DNA of 64,000 bases from an uncultured Rikenellaceae bacterium (GCA_963818525.1 CAWFSO010000005.1:870272-934271); one strand, 5' to 3'. Shown: positions 44,911 to 59,048, counted from the first letter of the stretch. Notes: generated by a model from the sequence alone, not told the origin. A program made the numbers and translations.

Positions 44911-45818
44911 TCAGACGCGCCGCAGGACCACTTCGAGCACGAAGCGGCTGCCCACGTAGGCGAGCAGCAGCACGACGAAGCCGCCAGCGTGGTCAGGCGC
45001 AGCGCGATGCGCCCGCGCCATCCCCAGCGCCAGCGACCGAGCAGCAGCGCACCGAACAGCCGACCAGGCGAATCAGCGCGAACACGGTCTTGTGGTCGAG
45101 CCGAAGCGGACGACCGAAGATGTCCTCGGAGAACAGACATGCCGCTAGTGCCGTCAGCGTGAGCAGCACGAAGCCGATCCGATGAGCCGGAACAGCACGC
45201 GCTCGAGCACCATCAGCGGCGGCAGCGCGTCGATCCAGCGCGCGAGCGGCCTCGCGTCGCCGGAGCGGCCGGTGCAGTCGCGCTCGGCGCCGACGCATCA
45301 GCAGCGCATGCAGCGCGCCAGCATCAGCACGCCGTAGGCGAGCGTGCCCGATCGAACAGGTGCGGCACGAACAGCGAGCCTGGCTCGCTCGACCTCGAGG
45401 ACGCTGTCCCGGAAAGAGCCACGGCAACGGAGCAGTGACCGCAGCGACCGGCAGCACCATCATGCGCAGGGCCTCGCGTGGGCCCGTCGGCCCCTCGAAC
45501 AGCAGCAGCAGCGACGCCGACCCAGATGGTGGCGGACAGGACGTGCGCGAAGCCGAAGCGGAAGCCGCGCCGTCGGACGCAATGGCCAGGTAGAGCGCCG
45601 AAAAATGCAGCGATGACCGCGACCAGCGGCGAGCAGGGCAGCAGCGGCCCCAGGCCGGGCGCTGACGCTCCAGCGCGTGGCAGCGCCGGCGGCGAGCCGC
45701 CCGGCGTAGGGCGTCCGTCGAGCGGCCATCACGGGCGGCCAGCGCAGCCTAGCCCCCACGCCGGCCAGGTAGAGCAGTGCGGGCGCAAGTGCGAGAGCGA
45801 AATCAGTAGAATCGTCAC
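44911..45818 (-). CDS. ypjD: Cytochrome c assembly family inner-membrane protein (YpjD/CcsA-like; frameshifted)
   Basis: [38 protein letters not shown]; divergent from ffh. Confidence 0.8.
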
Positions 45819-45841
45819 GCTTGCCAGTTTACTCCAAGCCC

Positions 45842-47218
45842 ATGCTCGAGAATCTCTCACCAGCGGCTTTCGCCGCGTCGTCAAGACCATGCGAGGCGAG
45901 GCCCGCCTGACCGAGGCCAACACGCAGGAGATGCTGCGCGAGATCCGCATCGCGCTGCTCGAGGCCGACGTGGCCCTGCCGGTGGTGCGCGACTTCGTCG
46001 CGCAAGGTCCGCGAAAAGCGCGCTGGGCCAGGAGGTGCTGCACAGCCTGACGCCGGGCCAGGCGCTGGTCGGCGTCGTGCACCGCGAGCTGACCGAGCTG
46101 ATGGGCGGCCAGGCCGCCGAGCTGAACTTCGCGACCACAGCCGCCGGCCGTGATCCTGATGGCAGGCCTGCAGGGCGCCGGCAAGACCACCACCGTGGGC
46201 AAGCTGGCGCAAGTGGCTGCGCGAGAACCGAAGAAGAAGGTGCTGACGGTGTCGCTGCGACGTCTACCGGCCGGCCGCCATCGAGCAGCTGCGCACGGTC
46301 GACCGCGCAGGCCGGCGCCGACTTCTTCGCGTCGACGCCGCGAGCAGAAGCCCGCCGACATCGCGCAGGGCGCGCTGCGTCTGGGCCACGACGCACTACC
46401 ACGACGTGCTGCTCGTCGACACCGCCGGCCGGCTGGCCATCGACGACGCAGATGATGGAGCGAGATCGCGGCGCTGCACGCGCAGCTCACGCCGATCGAG
46501 ACCCTGTTCGTCGTCGACGCGATGCAGGGCCAGGACGCGGTCAACACCGCCCGCGCCTTCAACGAGACGCTGCCGCTGACCGGCGTGGTGCTGACCAAGC
46601 TCGACGGCGACTCGCGCGGCGGCGCGGCGCTGTCGGTCAAGGCCGATCACCGGCAAGCCGATCAAGTTCGTCGGCGTCGGCGAGAAGCTCGACCGGCCTC
46701 GAGAGCTTCCACCCCGAGCGGATGGCCAACCGCATCCTCGGCATGGGCGACATCGTGTCGCTGGTCGAGGAGGCGCAGCAAGGCCGTCGACCAGCAGGCG
46801 GCCGAAGGACCTGGCCGACAAGCTCAAGTCCGGCAACCGCTTCGACCTGAACGACTTCCTGCAGCAGCTCGGCCAGATGAAGAAGATGGGCGGGCTGTCG
46901 TCGCTGGTGGACAAGCTGCCCGGCGCAGTTCCAGGCGGCCGCCGGGCAGGCCGACATGGACAAGGCGGAGAAGCGAGCATGCGGCGCATGCAGGGCATCA
47001 TCCACTCGATGACGCCCGGCGGAGCGCGCCAAGCCCGAGCTGATCAAGGCGAGCCGCAAGCGGCGCATCGCCACCGGCGCCGGCGTGCAGGTCCAGGACG
47101 TCAACCGGCTGCTGTCGCAGTTCGACCAGATGCAGTCGATGATGAAGAAGATGCAGAAGGGCGGGCTCGCGAAGATGATGCGCGGCATGAAGGGCATGAT
47201 GCCGGGCGGATGCGATAG
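45842..47218 (+). CDS. ffh: Signal recognition particle protein (multiple frameshifts)
   Basis: [48 protein letters not shown] and a Met-rich M domain. Confidence 0.95.
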
Positions 47219-47293
47219 GCCCGGCGCTCGAATGGGTCCGCACCCGACCAACCGGACCCGTCGTCTCGGCTCACTCCTCGACCCGACAGGAGC

Positions 47294-48804
47294 ATGGACG
47301 GCACGCCGCGCGCGGACGAGTCCGGCGCTCCGGCATCCCGACGGAGCCGCGCCGGCACGCCGTCGCCGGCGGGCTAATCGGCTGATCAGCGCAGCCTGGC
47401 CGCGGATCCGACGGGCGGCTGGTGACGCGACCGCCGACACCATGCGCGCCGTTCCTCCTCGACTGGCGCAAACGCTGGCACGGCAATGCGCTGGCCGTTG
47501 CGTAGCCCGCGACTCGGTCGACGACGTCCGGCGGATCGTGCGCTGGTGCGTCGAGCACCGCGTCGACGCGATCGTGCCGCAGGGGGGCAACACGGCCTGT
47601 CGGCGGATCGACGCCGGCACGAGCCGGCCGCGGGTGGTGCTGTCGCTCGCGCGGCTGAACCGGGTCCGCGCGTCGACATCGTCAACGACACGATCACCGT
47701 CGAGGCCGGCTGCATGCTCGCCGAGGTGCAGCACGCCGCGCGCGACGCGGGCCGGCTGTTCCCGTTGTCGCTGGCCGCCGAAGGCAGTTGCACGATCGGC
47801 GGCAATCTGTCGACCAATGCCGGCGGCATGCCGGTGCTGCGCTACGGCAACGCGCGCGAACTCTGCCTCGGCCTCGAGGTGGTGACCGGCGACGGCGAAG
47901 TCTGGAGCGGGCCTGCGCGGCCTGCGCAAGGACAACACCGGCTATGACCTGCGCGACCTGTTCGTCGGCGCCGAGGGCACGCTCGGCATGATCACCGCGG
48001 CGACGCTGAAGCTGTATCCGCAGCCGGCTGCGCAACTGACCGCACTCGCGGCGGTGGCGTCGCCGCGCGCCGCGCTCGAGCTGCTGGGGCTCGCCCGCGC
48101 CACCTCGGCGCCGGCGCTGACCGCGTTCGAGATGATGTCCGACCTGTGCCTGGACGCTGGTCGCACGCCTCTTCCCGCGAGTATCCGAAGCCCTTCGCCG
48201 ACCCGCACCCTACTACGTGCTGCTCGAGTGGTCCGATGCCGAGAGCGAGGCGCACGCGACCGAACGTTTCGAAGCGCTGCTGGAGGCGGCGATGCGCACA
48301 GGCATCGTGTCGGACGCGATCATTGCCGACTCGATCGCACGCAGCACATCGTTATGGGCGTTGCGCGAGAACATCTCCGACGCCCAGGCCGCCGCCGGCA
48401 AGAACATCAAGCACGACATCTCGGTACCGATCTCAGCCATCGCCGACTTCGTGGAGCAGACCAACGAACAGCTGATGCCAGCGGTTCCAGGGCGTGCGGA
48501 TGGTCGTGTTCGGCCATCTCGGCGACGGGAATCTGCATTACAACGTCTCGCCTTCCGTCGATCACGAAGGCGCCGAATTCGAAGCCGCGTTCTCGCCCTC
48601 CAACCCGAGATCAATCGGCTCACGCATGATGCCGTCGTGAAATTCGGCGGCTCCATTTCCGCCGAGCACGGCCTGGGCGTCCTGCGCCGCGACGAATCGG
48701 CGCGCTACAAGTCTGCACTGGAAATGCGCATGATGTACGCGGTCAAGGATGCCCTCGATCCGCATGGCTGCATGAACCCCGGCAAGGTGCTGCCGCCACG
48801 GTGA
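47294..48804 (+). CDS. FAD-binding oxidoreductase (D-2-hydroxyglutarate/D-lactate dehydrogenase-like; frameshifted)
   Basis: VPQGGNT, SCTIGGNLSTNAGG, LRKDNTGYDL, KHDISVP, GSISAEHG, MNPGKVL. Confidence 0.88.
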
Positions 48805-48823
48805 GTCTGCGGCGCTGCGGCGA

Positions 48824-50403
48824 TCACGCCGTCGAAATCAGATAGGGCATGAAGTAGGTCGCCAGGCTCAGGACCAGGAAGAAACCTGCCATGTCGGTGA
48901 GTGTGGTGAGCAGCGGGCCGCTCGCCACGGCGGGATCCTGATCGAAGCGCTTGAGCAGTAGCGGGATCACGCCACCGAGTGACACGGCGATGACGGTATT
49001 GACGGCGAGTGCCGTACCGATCACGACACCCAGCATCGGAATGCCCTTCCAGACCCAGGCGACGAAACACACCAGGCTGCCGAGCACCGCACCATTGATG
49101 ACCCCCAGGGACACCTCCCGGCTCCACACTCGGACGACATCGATCGGCTTGACGACGCCGAGCGCCAGTTCACGCAGCGATACCGCCACTGCCTGGTTGC
49201 CCGAGCAGCCGCTCATGTCGGACACCATGGGCAGGAAGGTGGCGATCGCGATCACTGCCGTCAAGGTCGCCTCGAAGGAAGAGATCACGCTGGCCGCAAT
49301 GATGTTCAGTCCGATGTTCACGGTCAGCCAGACCAGCCGGCGACGCGATCGCAGCAGCAACGGCATCGAGCGCAATTCGTCGCCGACGACACCATGGATC
49401 TTGTAGCTCTCGAGTTCCGAGCGTTCGATCACGGCGGAATCGATCGCATGGCGTGGACGATGCCCAGCATCGAGCCCTCTTCATCGCAGACCGGAATGCT
49501 CAGGAAGTCGTACTTGTCGAACAGATCGCGAAGTTCGGCGAGTTCCATGTCGACCGGTGCGGTCATGGCCGGACTCATCACCTGATGCAGCGGCGTATAC
49601 CGGCTCGCCGAAAGCAACCTGGAGAGCGCAGCGTAGCCGACGACACGGCCCGCGTCATCGAGCATGTAGGGGCTCTGGCCCAGGAATTCGTCGCCCTCGG
49701 CAAGTCGGGCCAGCACCTTGCCGACCGTGTCGTTCTGCGAGAACGTCAGCGACTCGGCGACCATCAGTCCACCGGCGCAATCCGGATCGTAGGCGGCGAG
49801 GCGCCGCACCTCCGCGGCCGCTTCCGGCTGCATCTCGGCGAGAATCGCTTCGGCGCGGTGCACCTCGCCGATCAGGTCGGCCTGCGTGTCGGACTCGAGC
49901 TGGCCGATGATGTCCGCGGCGCGGTCGGTGCTCAGGTTGTCGACGAAGCTCGCGGCCAGTCCGGTCGGCAGTTCGTCGATCAGGTCGGCCGCCACCTGCA
50001 GCGGGGCTTCGCTCAGGATCTGCGTGCGCTCGTCTTCATCGAGCCGCAGCAACGCGCGAGTACCTTCGCTCGGCGGCATTTCATCGAGCAGCAGCGCAAC
50101 GGCATCGACTTCGTCGTTGGCGAGCAGCTGACTCATCCGCTCCCAGGGTCGATCGTCGTTCCGCTCATCGAGCTCGGCAATACGGTCAACGACCTCGGCG
50201 ATACGCTCATCGACCTCATTGGTACGGTCATCGCCCTCGTCGATGCGCTCGCCACCGCGATCACCGGTGACGTGGTTATCGTTCGACGCGTTTGGCGACG
50301 GGGCGCTGTCGGGCGCGGCGCTGCGACGTTCGCCCGCATCGGCCCGCACGTGACGAACGGACGCCTCCGCGTCGGGCAAGATGCCTGGAGGGGTCTCTTT
50401 CAT
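48824..50403 (-). CDS. mgtE: Magnesium transporter MgtE (one frameshift near 49440)
   Basis: MgtE_N helices, CAGGLM, CBS pair, [21 protein letters not shown]. Confidence 0.9.
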
Positions 50404-50558
50404 GTCGAAGGTCGGGGTGCGAAGAGGAGGATGCGTTCGGCAGCGACCCGCCTGCGTCATCGACGCATGCTCACCGCCACGCGGACAACATAGCCAAAAA
50501 GCATTGCACGGACAATGTTTATTTGGCTTAATCGCCGGACGTTCCGGCTTTTGGCCAC

Positions 50559-51062
50559 ATGGTGAATCCGTCCAACGACGACGAAACTCCGCCCGGCGAG
50601 CCTGCCGGGCACGCAACCGTTGCCCACGCCATCGTCGGCTGGCGCGAATGGGTCCGTCTGCCGCGACTCGGCGTGGGCCGCATCAAGGCGAAGATCGATA
50701 CCGGCGCACGTACCTCCGCCTTGCACGCCACCCATATCGAATCGCTCGATCGCGACGGGCATCCGTGGGTGCGCTTCCGGGTCTACGACGACCATCGCAA
50801 CCCCCTGCACTATGTCGTCGTCACGGCACGGTTGCGCGACGTGCGCAGTGTGCGCAATTCGGCCGGGGTACAGGACCAACGCCCGGTGATCCGGACCGAG
50901 ATCCGGCTGGGCACGCTGGAGTTTCGTGCCGAACTCACGCTGGTCGAACGCACCGACATGGTTTTTCCGATGTTGCTCGGTCGCTCGGCCCTGCGGACGG
51001 CCGGCGTGCAGATCGACCCGGCACGCTCGTTCGTGATGCGACGTCGAAGTCGACCTGCCTGA
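50559..51062 (+). CDS. RimK-associated 'ATP-dependent Zn protease' (retropepsin-like, RimB-like)
   Basis: [36 protein letters not shown]. Confidence 0.88.
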   Translation: MVNPSNDDETPPGEPAGHATVAHAIVGWREWVRLPRLGVGRIKAKIDTGARTSALHATHIESLDRDGHPWVRFRVYDDHRNPLHYVVVTARLRDVRSVRNSAGVQDQRPVIRTEIRLGTLEFRAELTLVERTDMVFPMLLGRSALRTAGVQIDPARSFVMRRRSRPA

Positions 51063-51077
51063 ACGGCCCGACGCACC

Positions 51078-51983
<906 letters not shown>

Positions 51984-51987
<4 letters not shown>

Positions 51988-53034
51988 ACCCGATGCGAGC
52001 CCCGTTCGAACTCGCCGGTGAACAGATCCCGGCCGGCACGCGCCGCATCATCACGATCCCGGTCAGCGTGATGTCCGACCACACGCCGGTCGGACTGAAT
52101 GTGCAGGTGCTCCACGGTCGCGACGACGGTCCGACGCTGTTCGTCAGTGCCGCCATCCATGGCGACGAGATCATCGGTGTCGAGATCGTCCGTCGGCTGC
52201 TCGCCTCCGCGAAACTCAATCGCCTGCGTGGCACCCTGCTGGCCATTCCGATCGTCAACACCTACGGCTTCATCAATCACTCGCGCTATCTGCCCGACCG
52301 GCGCGATCTCAACCGGTCGTTTCCCGGCAGCGGCACCGGTTCGCTGGCAAGCCGACTCGCGCACATCTTCCTCAACCAGATCGTGCGCAATGCCGACGTG
52401 GGGATCGACCTGCATTCGGCCGCGATTCATCGCACCAATCTGCCACAGATACGCATCGCGCCCGACAGTCCCCGACTGCTCGCACTGGCCGAAGCGTTCG
52501 GTGCACCGGTTGTGCTGGTCAGCCCGTTGCGCCAGGGGTCGCTGCGCGACGCCGCGCGCCGGCACGATGTCGACATGCTCCTGTTCGAAGCGGGTGAAGG
52601 ACTGCGCTTCGACGAAGCCGCGATCCGCAGTGGACTCGGCGGCACGCTGCGCGTGATGGCCCATCTGGGCATGATCCCCGCAAGCGGTATTGCCGCACCA
52701 CCGGCGCGGCCCATCCATTCGCAGGCCAGCTACTGGGTGCGCGCTTCGGCCGGGGGATTGCTGCGCAGCCACCGGACCATCGGCGAGATGGTCACGCCCG
52801 AGACCTTGCTCGGCGTGATCGCCGACCCGTTCGGCGCGATCGCGGGACCGGTCAAGGCCACCTGGCCGGGATTGATCATCGGTCGGGCCAATCTGCCGCT
52901 GGTCAATGAAGGCGACGGATTGTTCCATATCGCGCGCCTGGCCGAGTCGGGCAGCCGGCCGCGCCCCGCAATGCCCGAACCCGACCTCTCGAACCGGCGT
53001 CGATCCGCTGTTCGACGAAGACGACATCATCTGA
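51984..53034 (+). CDS. Succinylglutamate desuccinylase/aspartoacylase (AstE/AspA, M14-like) family protein
   Basis: [31 protein letters not shown] overlap with rimK; likely end [13 protein letters not shown] at 53034 after a frameshift. Confidence 0.88.
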
Positions 53035-53072
53035 TCGCCGAGCCACGATTCAACCCTTCGACAGAAGCCGCC

Positions 53073-53900
53073 ATGAGCCAACGCATTCTGCTGATCAATC
53101 CGAATACATCGACGTGGGTGACCGACGCGCTGGTCGCGCAGATCGATCTTGTGCTCGGCGAGACGTCGGACATCGAGTTGACCGCCGCGACCGCAACGCT
53201 GGGCGCGAGCTACATTGCCTGCGAGGTGTCGTATGCGCTCGCGGCCCATGCGCTGCTCGACAGTTTCGCCGCACATTACGACCGGCATGACGCGGTCATC
53301 GTCGGCTGCTTCGGCGACCCCGGAACGGCCGCCCTCGCGCAGATCTCGCCGGTGCCCGTGATCGGCATGGCCGAGGCCGCGATGCACGAAGCGAGTGCCG
53401 CGGGCCCGTTCGCCATCGTCACGGGCGGCGCCGCCTGGCAGCCGATACTGCAGCGACTCGCCGCAGCGGCCGGCTTCGGCGAGCTGCTGGTGCACATCGA
53501 GACCGTGGCCAGAAGTGCGGGGGAACTGGTGCGCGACCGCCCTGCGGCACTCGCGTTGCTGGCCGCGGCATATTGCGAAGGCGAAGTCGCGCGGCAGCGA
53601 AGCTGTCATTCTTGGCGGCGCGGCATTCGCAGGCTATGGCGACGAGCTGGCGCGGATCACCCACCTCCCCGTGATAGACAGCGTTTCGGCTCTGGCGCGC
53701 GCCGTGGGAAGTCGTCTGCGGCAGCCGGTAGCCGGTGCGAACCACGATTCGTCGCCGCAGGCCGCAGGTGGTCCGGCCGTCTATTCGGGCCTTTCCGAAC
53801 CACTCGCCAGACTGCTCAACGCAGCGCGGTCGAGCGCGATCCGGCACAATGAAAGCCCAGCGTCGCCAGGCGGCGAGCACCTTGTCCGGGTAGGTCGCGC
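53073..53900 (+). CDS. Asp/Glu/hydantoin racemase-family protein (frameshifted; end approximate)
   Basis: ILLINPNTS, VGCFGDPG, PVIGMAEAA, ILGGAAFAG, PVIDSV. Confidence 0.8.
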
Positions 53901-54465
53901 TGCCCAGTGATCCGTTGTATCGACCCAGCGCGCGAAACAGGTTGCCCGACTCGAGGTCCAGGTAATGGCGAAGAATCGTGCAGCCATAGCGAGGTGGTGC
54001 GCATCGCGAACAACGACGACACCTCACCGTCGCCGATCAACTCGGACCAGAACGGCATCACCTGCATGTAGCCCCGTGCGCCGGCAGTCGACACCGCATA
54101 ACGGCGGAAGTTGCTCTCGACCTGGATGAGGGCCAGCACCAGTTCGGGCTCGAGGCCTGCGCGCTGCGCCTCGTAACGCGCGGTGAGCAGGAACTCGATA
54201 CGCTCCTCATGGGTCGGTTTCCATCGTCTCGGCAGGCGTTCGGCCATCTGCGCGAGCCATTCGACGCGATGCAGCAGTGAGTCGAACACCGGCTCCGGCG
54301 CATGTCGATCCGACACGGCAGCGCGCAGGGCGGTGCGCACCGCATCGGCAAGCGGTTCATATTGCTGCTGGCCCGCCAGGACGTGATGCGGCCCGGCGGC
54401 AACCAGCGCGAGCAACAATGCCGGACCGAAACGGACGGATCACAGGATCGGCGCGAGCAATTCAT
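53850..54465 (-). CDS. Lytic transglycosylase (SLT domain; frameshifted; end approximate)
   Basis: LIQVESNF, AVSTAGARGYMQVMPFW, ALGRYNGS. Confidence 0.88.
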
Positions 54466-54566
54466 GGCAACGAGCGGGCAGAGCCCTGTAGGGGGTGGGC
54501 CTGTGGCAGGCCCGAACTCCTCAGATTAACGGGCAGCCACACGCGCGACGTGTGAAAGTCGCCTTG

Positions 54567-56415
54567 TCATGACGAGCGGCCGGCCTCCGCCGATCGGTGG
54601 GCGCGGTCCGCCAATACCCTGGCAACGATATCCGCCACCGGAACCTGGACCGTCACCAGACCGCGGCGTGCGACCAGTTCCACCTGCTGCTCCGCGAGCC
54701 CGCGATCGCCGACATTCACGCGCAGCGGTACACCGATCAGTTCCCATTCGGCAAACATGACACCGGGTCGTTCCCCCCGATCGTCGAGGATCACGTCGAC
54801 GCCGGCCGCGAGCAACGCCTGATAGATCTGCGTGGCCGACTCGCGCACCGGTGCCGACTTCGCATATCCCAGCGCGCAGATCACCACTTCGAACGGTGCG
54901 ATACCCAATGGCCAGATGATGCCCCGCTCGTCGTGGTTCTGCTCGATCGCCGCGCCGAGCAGCCGCGTCACGCCGATGCCGTAACAGCCCATTTCGAAGG
55001 GCTTGGGCTTGCCGTCCTCGTCGATGAACGTCGCGTTCATCGCCTGTGAATACTTGGTGCCCAGATAGAACACGTGGCCCACCTCGATGCCGCGCTGAAT
55101 CGCCAGTTCGCCCTTGCCGCAGGGCGAAGGGTCTCCCGCCACGACGTTGCGAATGTCGGCGACGAGCACCGGCGCCCCAGGCGTCGCTGCGTCGATCGCC
55201 ACCGGCTCGGGCAGGTCGCGCCCGAAATTGACGCCGGTCAGGTGATAGTCGACCTCGTTGGCGCCGCAGATGAAATCGCTCATCTGTGCAACCGTGCGGT
55301 CGACGACCACTCGCACCGGCTTCGCGGTGCGGATCGGGCCCAGATAACCGGGCGGGCAACCGAAGGTCTCGATGATCTCGGCCTCGGTCGCGAATCGAAA
55401 ACCCGCGAGGCCAGGGAGCTTGCCCGCCTTGATCTCGTTCAGGCCGTGATCGCCGCGCACCAGCAGCAGCCAGATCGTGGTGGCGGGTATCGTCGTCGCG
55501 CCGGGGCTGTCGTTGCCCGCGCCGGTTCCGTGGCTCCCATGCTCACCGGCCGGCGCGTCGACCGCCAGCACCAGCGACTTGACCGTCTTCGCCAGCGGTA
55601 CGTCGAGCAACGTGGCCACGTCTTCGCATCTCGCGGCGCCAGGGGTCGGGGTGCGTGTCAGCGCCTGCGTGGCAGCGCCGCGCGCGTTCGACCGGCGCAA
55701 TCGCCTCGGCGAGTTCGACATTGGCCGCATAGTCGGAACCAGGGCAATAGGCGATCGCATCTTCGCCGGTATCGGCGATGACCTGGAACTCGTGGCTCGC
55801 ATCGCCGCCGATCGCACCGGTGTCGGCTGCGACCGGCCGGAATGTCAGGCCGATGCGCTCGAATATGCGGATATACGCGTCGTACATCACCTGGTAACTG
55901 GCGAGCGCCGCCGCCTTGTCGCGATCGAACGAGTAGGCGTCCTTCATCGTGAATTCGCGTCCACGCATCACGCCGAAACGCGGCCGACGTTCATCGCGGA
56001 ACTTGGTCTGGATGTGATAGAAGTTCTTCGGCAGCGACTTGTAGCTGCGCAACTCCTGCCGCGCGATGTCGGTGACGACCTCCTCGGACGTCGGCTGGAT
56101 CACGAAGTCGCGCTGGTGGCGATCGCGGATCCGCAACAGTTCGGGCCCGTATGCCGAGAAGCGCCCCGACTCCTCCCACAGTTCTGCAGGCTGCACCACC
56201 GGCATCAACAGTTCGATCGCGCCGGCGCGGTTCATCTCTTCGCGGATGATCGCCTCGATGCGGCGGATCACGCGCAGGCCGAGCGGCATGTATGAATAGA
56301 TGCCGCCGGCAAGTCGCTTGATCATGCCGGCGCGCGACATCAGTTGATGACTGATCACCTCGGCATCGGCGGGTGCCTCTTTCTGTGTCGACAAATGGAA
56401 CTGACTGGCCTTCAT
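54567..56415 (-). CDS. proS: Prolyl-tRNA synthetase (one frameshift near 55690)
   Basis: [47 protein letters not shown] and the anticodon-binding domain. Confidence 0.96.
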
Positions 56416-56624
56416 GGGAATCCGGGGATGGGAAGAGGGGAAAGAGGAATGTGCAAGAAAACGGAAGAAACCATGCCGGCAGCATCTCAGGTGGCGCCCG
56501 CATGGCGTGGCGGCGGTGTCGAGGAACATGGCGGCCCGTGCACGGCGCGCCGCAGCGCCTGCATCGCGCCGTGCGATATTGCCCGATATAATGGTTGCAA
56601 GTTTAGATTAAATGGGGTCTTGCC

Positions 56625-57248
56625 ATGCTCGACCGAGACGGCTATCGCCCCAATGTCGGAATCATTCTGGCCAACCAGAGAAACGAGGTTTTCTGGGGCA
56701 AGCGGATTCGTGAGCATGCCTGGCAGTTCCCGCAGAAGGAGGCATCAAACGCGGGGAAACGCCCAGAGCAGGCCATGTACCGTGAACTCCACGAGGAAGT
56801 CGGACTACGTGATCCACATGTCGAGATCGTGGCACGCACCCAGAGCTGGCTCCGCTACGAGGTGCCGGATCGGTGGGTACGGCGCGAATGGCGTGGACAA
56901 TACCGCGGGCAGAAGCAGATCTGGTATCTGCTGCGCCTGACCGGACGCGACTCCGACATCGACCTGCGCGCCTCCGGCCATCCGGAATTCGATGCCTGGC
57001 GTTGGAACAGCTATTGGGTACCACTTGACGCAGTCATTGAATTCAAGCGCGACGTCTACAAGCGTGCGCTCAACGAACTCGCGGGTCATCTGTTCCCGGG
57101 GGGCGGTGTGACTGAGGCGGGTGCGTCGGGCGCTGGTGCGTCGGACGCTCGTGCGGCGGCGGGTGGCGCGTCAAGCGATGGCGCGGCGGCGGTTGGCGCA
57201 TCGGACACCGGCGCGGCCGTTACTCCGCAGACGAACCCCGAGCCCTGA
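56625..57248 (+). CDS. rppH: RNA pyrophosphohydrolase
   Basis: [18 protein letters not shown], Nudix [23 protein letters not shown]. Confidence 0.94.
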   Translation: MLDRDGYRPNVGIILANQRNEVFWGKRIREHAWQFPQKEASNAGKRPEQAMYRELHEEVGLRDPHVEIVARTQSWLRYEVPDRWVRREWRGQYRGQKQIWYLLRLTGRDSDIDLRASGHPEFDAWRWNSYWVPLDAVIEFKRDVYKRALNELAGHLFPGGGVTEAGASGAGASDARAAAGGASSDGAAAVGASDTGAAVTPQTNPEP

Positions 57249-57252
57249 TCGC

Positions 57253-57900
57253 ATGGCTGCGCTTGCGTATCGTGCGGCCGGCTGGCTGCCGGCGGCCGGG
57301 TCCGCGTTGCTGATCGGGTTGGCAATGCTGATCGGCTTCGCGTTCCATGGGTGGACCGCAAGAGCCGGCATGCTCGACGGACCACCCGAACCCGAACCTC
57401 TCGCGGCACCGGCGCCCGGAGGAGCGGCATCGACGCCCCGCTCCGCACCCGCAACCAAACCCGAGGCGGTGCTTCCCCAACCGATGCCGGTGCTGCGTCG
57501 GTTTGACGATCTCGAACCGTTCTCCACCGATGGCGACTCGTCGAATCGCTTCGCATTCGATCCCGATTCGATCCGCGTGAAGAGTCCCTTCGTGATGCTG
57601 ACGATCGCGGTGCGCAGTCCCGCCGGGGCGACGACGATCGGCTACCACGCGATCGACTGCGCAACCGCCCAACAACGGCTGCTCGCGTTGGCCGACACGT
57701 CTGGCCAGTGGCAGGTTGCTGACAGCCGCTCACCGTGGCGGTTGATCATGAACGGGGATACCCGCAATCGGCAGTACCACGCGATTTTCGCGGGTGTCTG
57801 CCGGGTCGGCAAGAAACCTGCCGACAGCGTCGGCGAGATGGTGCGAACCATCCGAGAGGGTCGCCGGTACAGCGGCAGTGATCGTCGCCGTCGATCGAGT
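57253..57900 (+). CDS. CNP1-like family protein (end approximate)
   Basis: FAFDPDSI, VRSPAGA...YHAIDCAT; typical position after rppH. Confidence 0.6.
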
Positions 57901-57930
57901 CATCAACCATCCTGCGAGTGGAGGCGGTCG

Positions 57931-58875
57931 ATGAGCCAGCGTCCCGCCATTCTGTTGATGTGCCCGTTGTTCGAAGGCACGCGAACGGGTGCTCGACCTA
58001 CGCTACCAGTGCCACCGACTCTGGCAGGCCGCCGATCGTGCGGCACTGATTGCCGGCCTCGCCGATCGTGTCGAGGCGGTGGCCAGCATGTCGGGCGAAC
58101 GAGTCGATCGCGCCACTCGTCGAAGGGTTGCCGCGCCTGAAGCTCGTGTCGAATTTCGGCGTCGGTCTCGACACCATCGATCTTGCGGCCTGCAACGAAC
58201 ATGGCGTCACGTGTGCAACACGCCCGACGTGCTGAACGAGGAAGTGGCCGATCTCGCGCTCGGCCTGTTGCTCGCGACGATCCGGCAGATTCCGCAGGGC
58301 GATCGTTTCGTTCGCGAGGGCCGTTGGCGCGACGGTCCCATGGCGCTGACCCAGACCTTGCAGAACCGTCGCGTCGGGATTGTCGGCCTCGGGCGGATCG
58401 GACGTGCGATTGCACGACGCTGCGAGTCGTTCAACACGACCCTCGGCTATTACGGTCCTCGCGCGAAAGCCGACGTGCCGTATCGATACTTCGATCAGGT
58501 GGTCGCACTGGCCGACTGGGCCGATGTGTTGATTGCCGCCTGTCCCGGTGGTGCGGCGACGCGGCACATCGTGTCGCGTGAAGTGCTCACCGCGCTTGGG
58601 CCGGAAGGCGTGTTCGTCAACATCGCGCGGGGATCGGTCGTCGATCAGGCCGCGCTGATCGGAACTGCTCAGGCGGGCGTGTCGGCTCGGCGGGCCTCGA
58701 TGTGTTCGACAACGAACCGAATGTACCGCAGGCTCTGATCGATCTGCCGCATATCGTGCTGCAACCGCATCAAGGCAGCGCGTCGGTAGCGACACGCACG
58801 CGGATGGGCCAGCTCGTGATCGACAATCTGGCTGCGTACTATTCCGGCACGCCCTTTCTTACGCCGGTCGGTTGA
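57931..58875 (+). CDS. D-2-hydroxyacid dehydrogenase (glyoxylate/hydroxypyruvate reductase-like; frameshifted)
   Basis: NFGVGLD, NTPDVL, GIVGLGRIG, VNIARGSVVD, PHQGSAS. Confidence 0.88.
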
Positions 58876-58942
58876 TCGGCCCCTGGACGATCGAATCGCC
58901 TACGCGCCGTTGAATCGACAACAGTGATCGGACTGGCCCGGG

Positions 58943-59048
58943 CAGTCGTAGCGAACATGGTCAGTCGTAGCGAGCATGGTCAGTCGGGCCGAACGAAGTG
59001 GTCGAACCAAACATGATCAGTCGGACAGAAAATCATTAGTCGGACCGA
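58943..59048. repeat. Degenerate 19-bp tandem repeat, about 5.5 copies
   Basis: CAGTCGTAGCGAACATGGT, CAGTCGTAGCGAGCATGGT, CAGTCGGGCCGAACGAAGT, GGTCGAACCAAACATGAT, CAGTCGGACAGAAAATCAT, TAGTCGGACCGA. Confidence 0.75.

Noticed and set aside
54497..54513. GGGCCTG-TGG-CAGGCCC hairpin as a proS terminator
   Set aside because: There is no U-tract on either side, so it is not supported as an intrinsic terminator.
57121..58140. 339-aa ORF spanning rppH, CNP1 and the dehydrogenase
   Set aside because: Read-through caused by high GC and indels; it is made of parts of separate recognisable genes.
58943..59048. CRISPR array
   Set aside because: The units are head-to-tail without spacers, only 19 bp long, and no cas genes are present. 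The same applies to 62250-62303.
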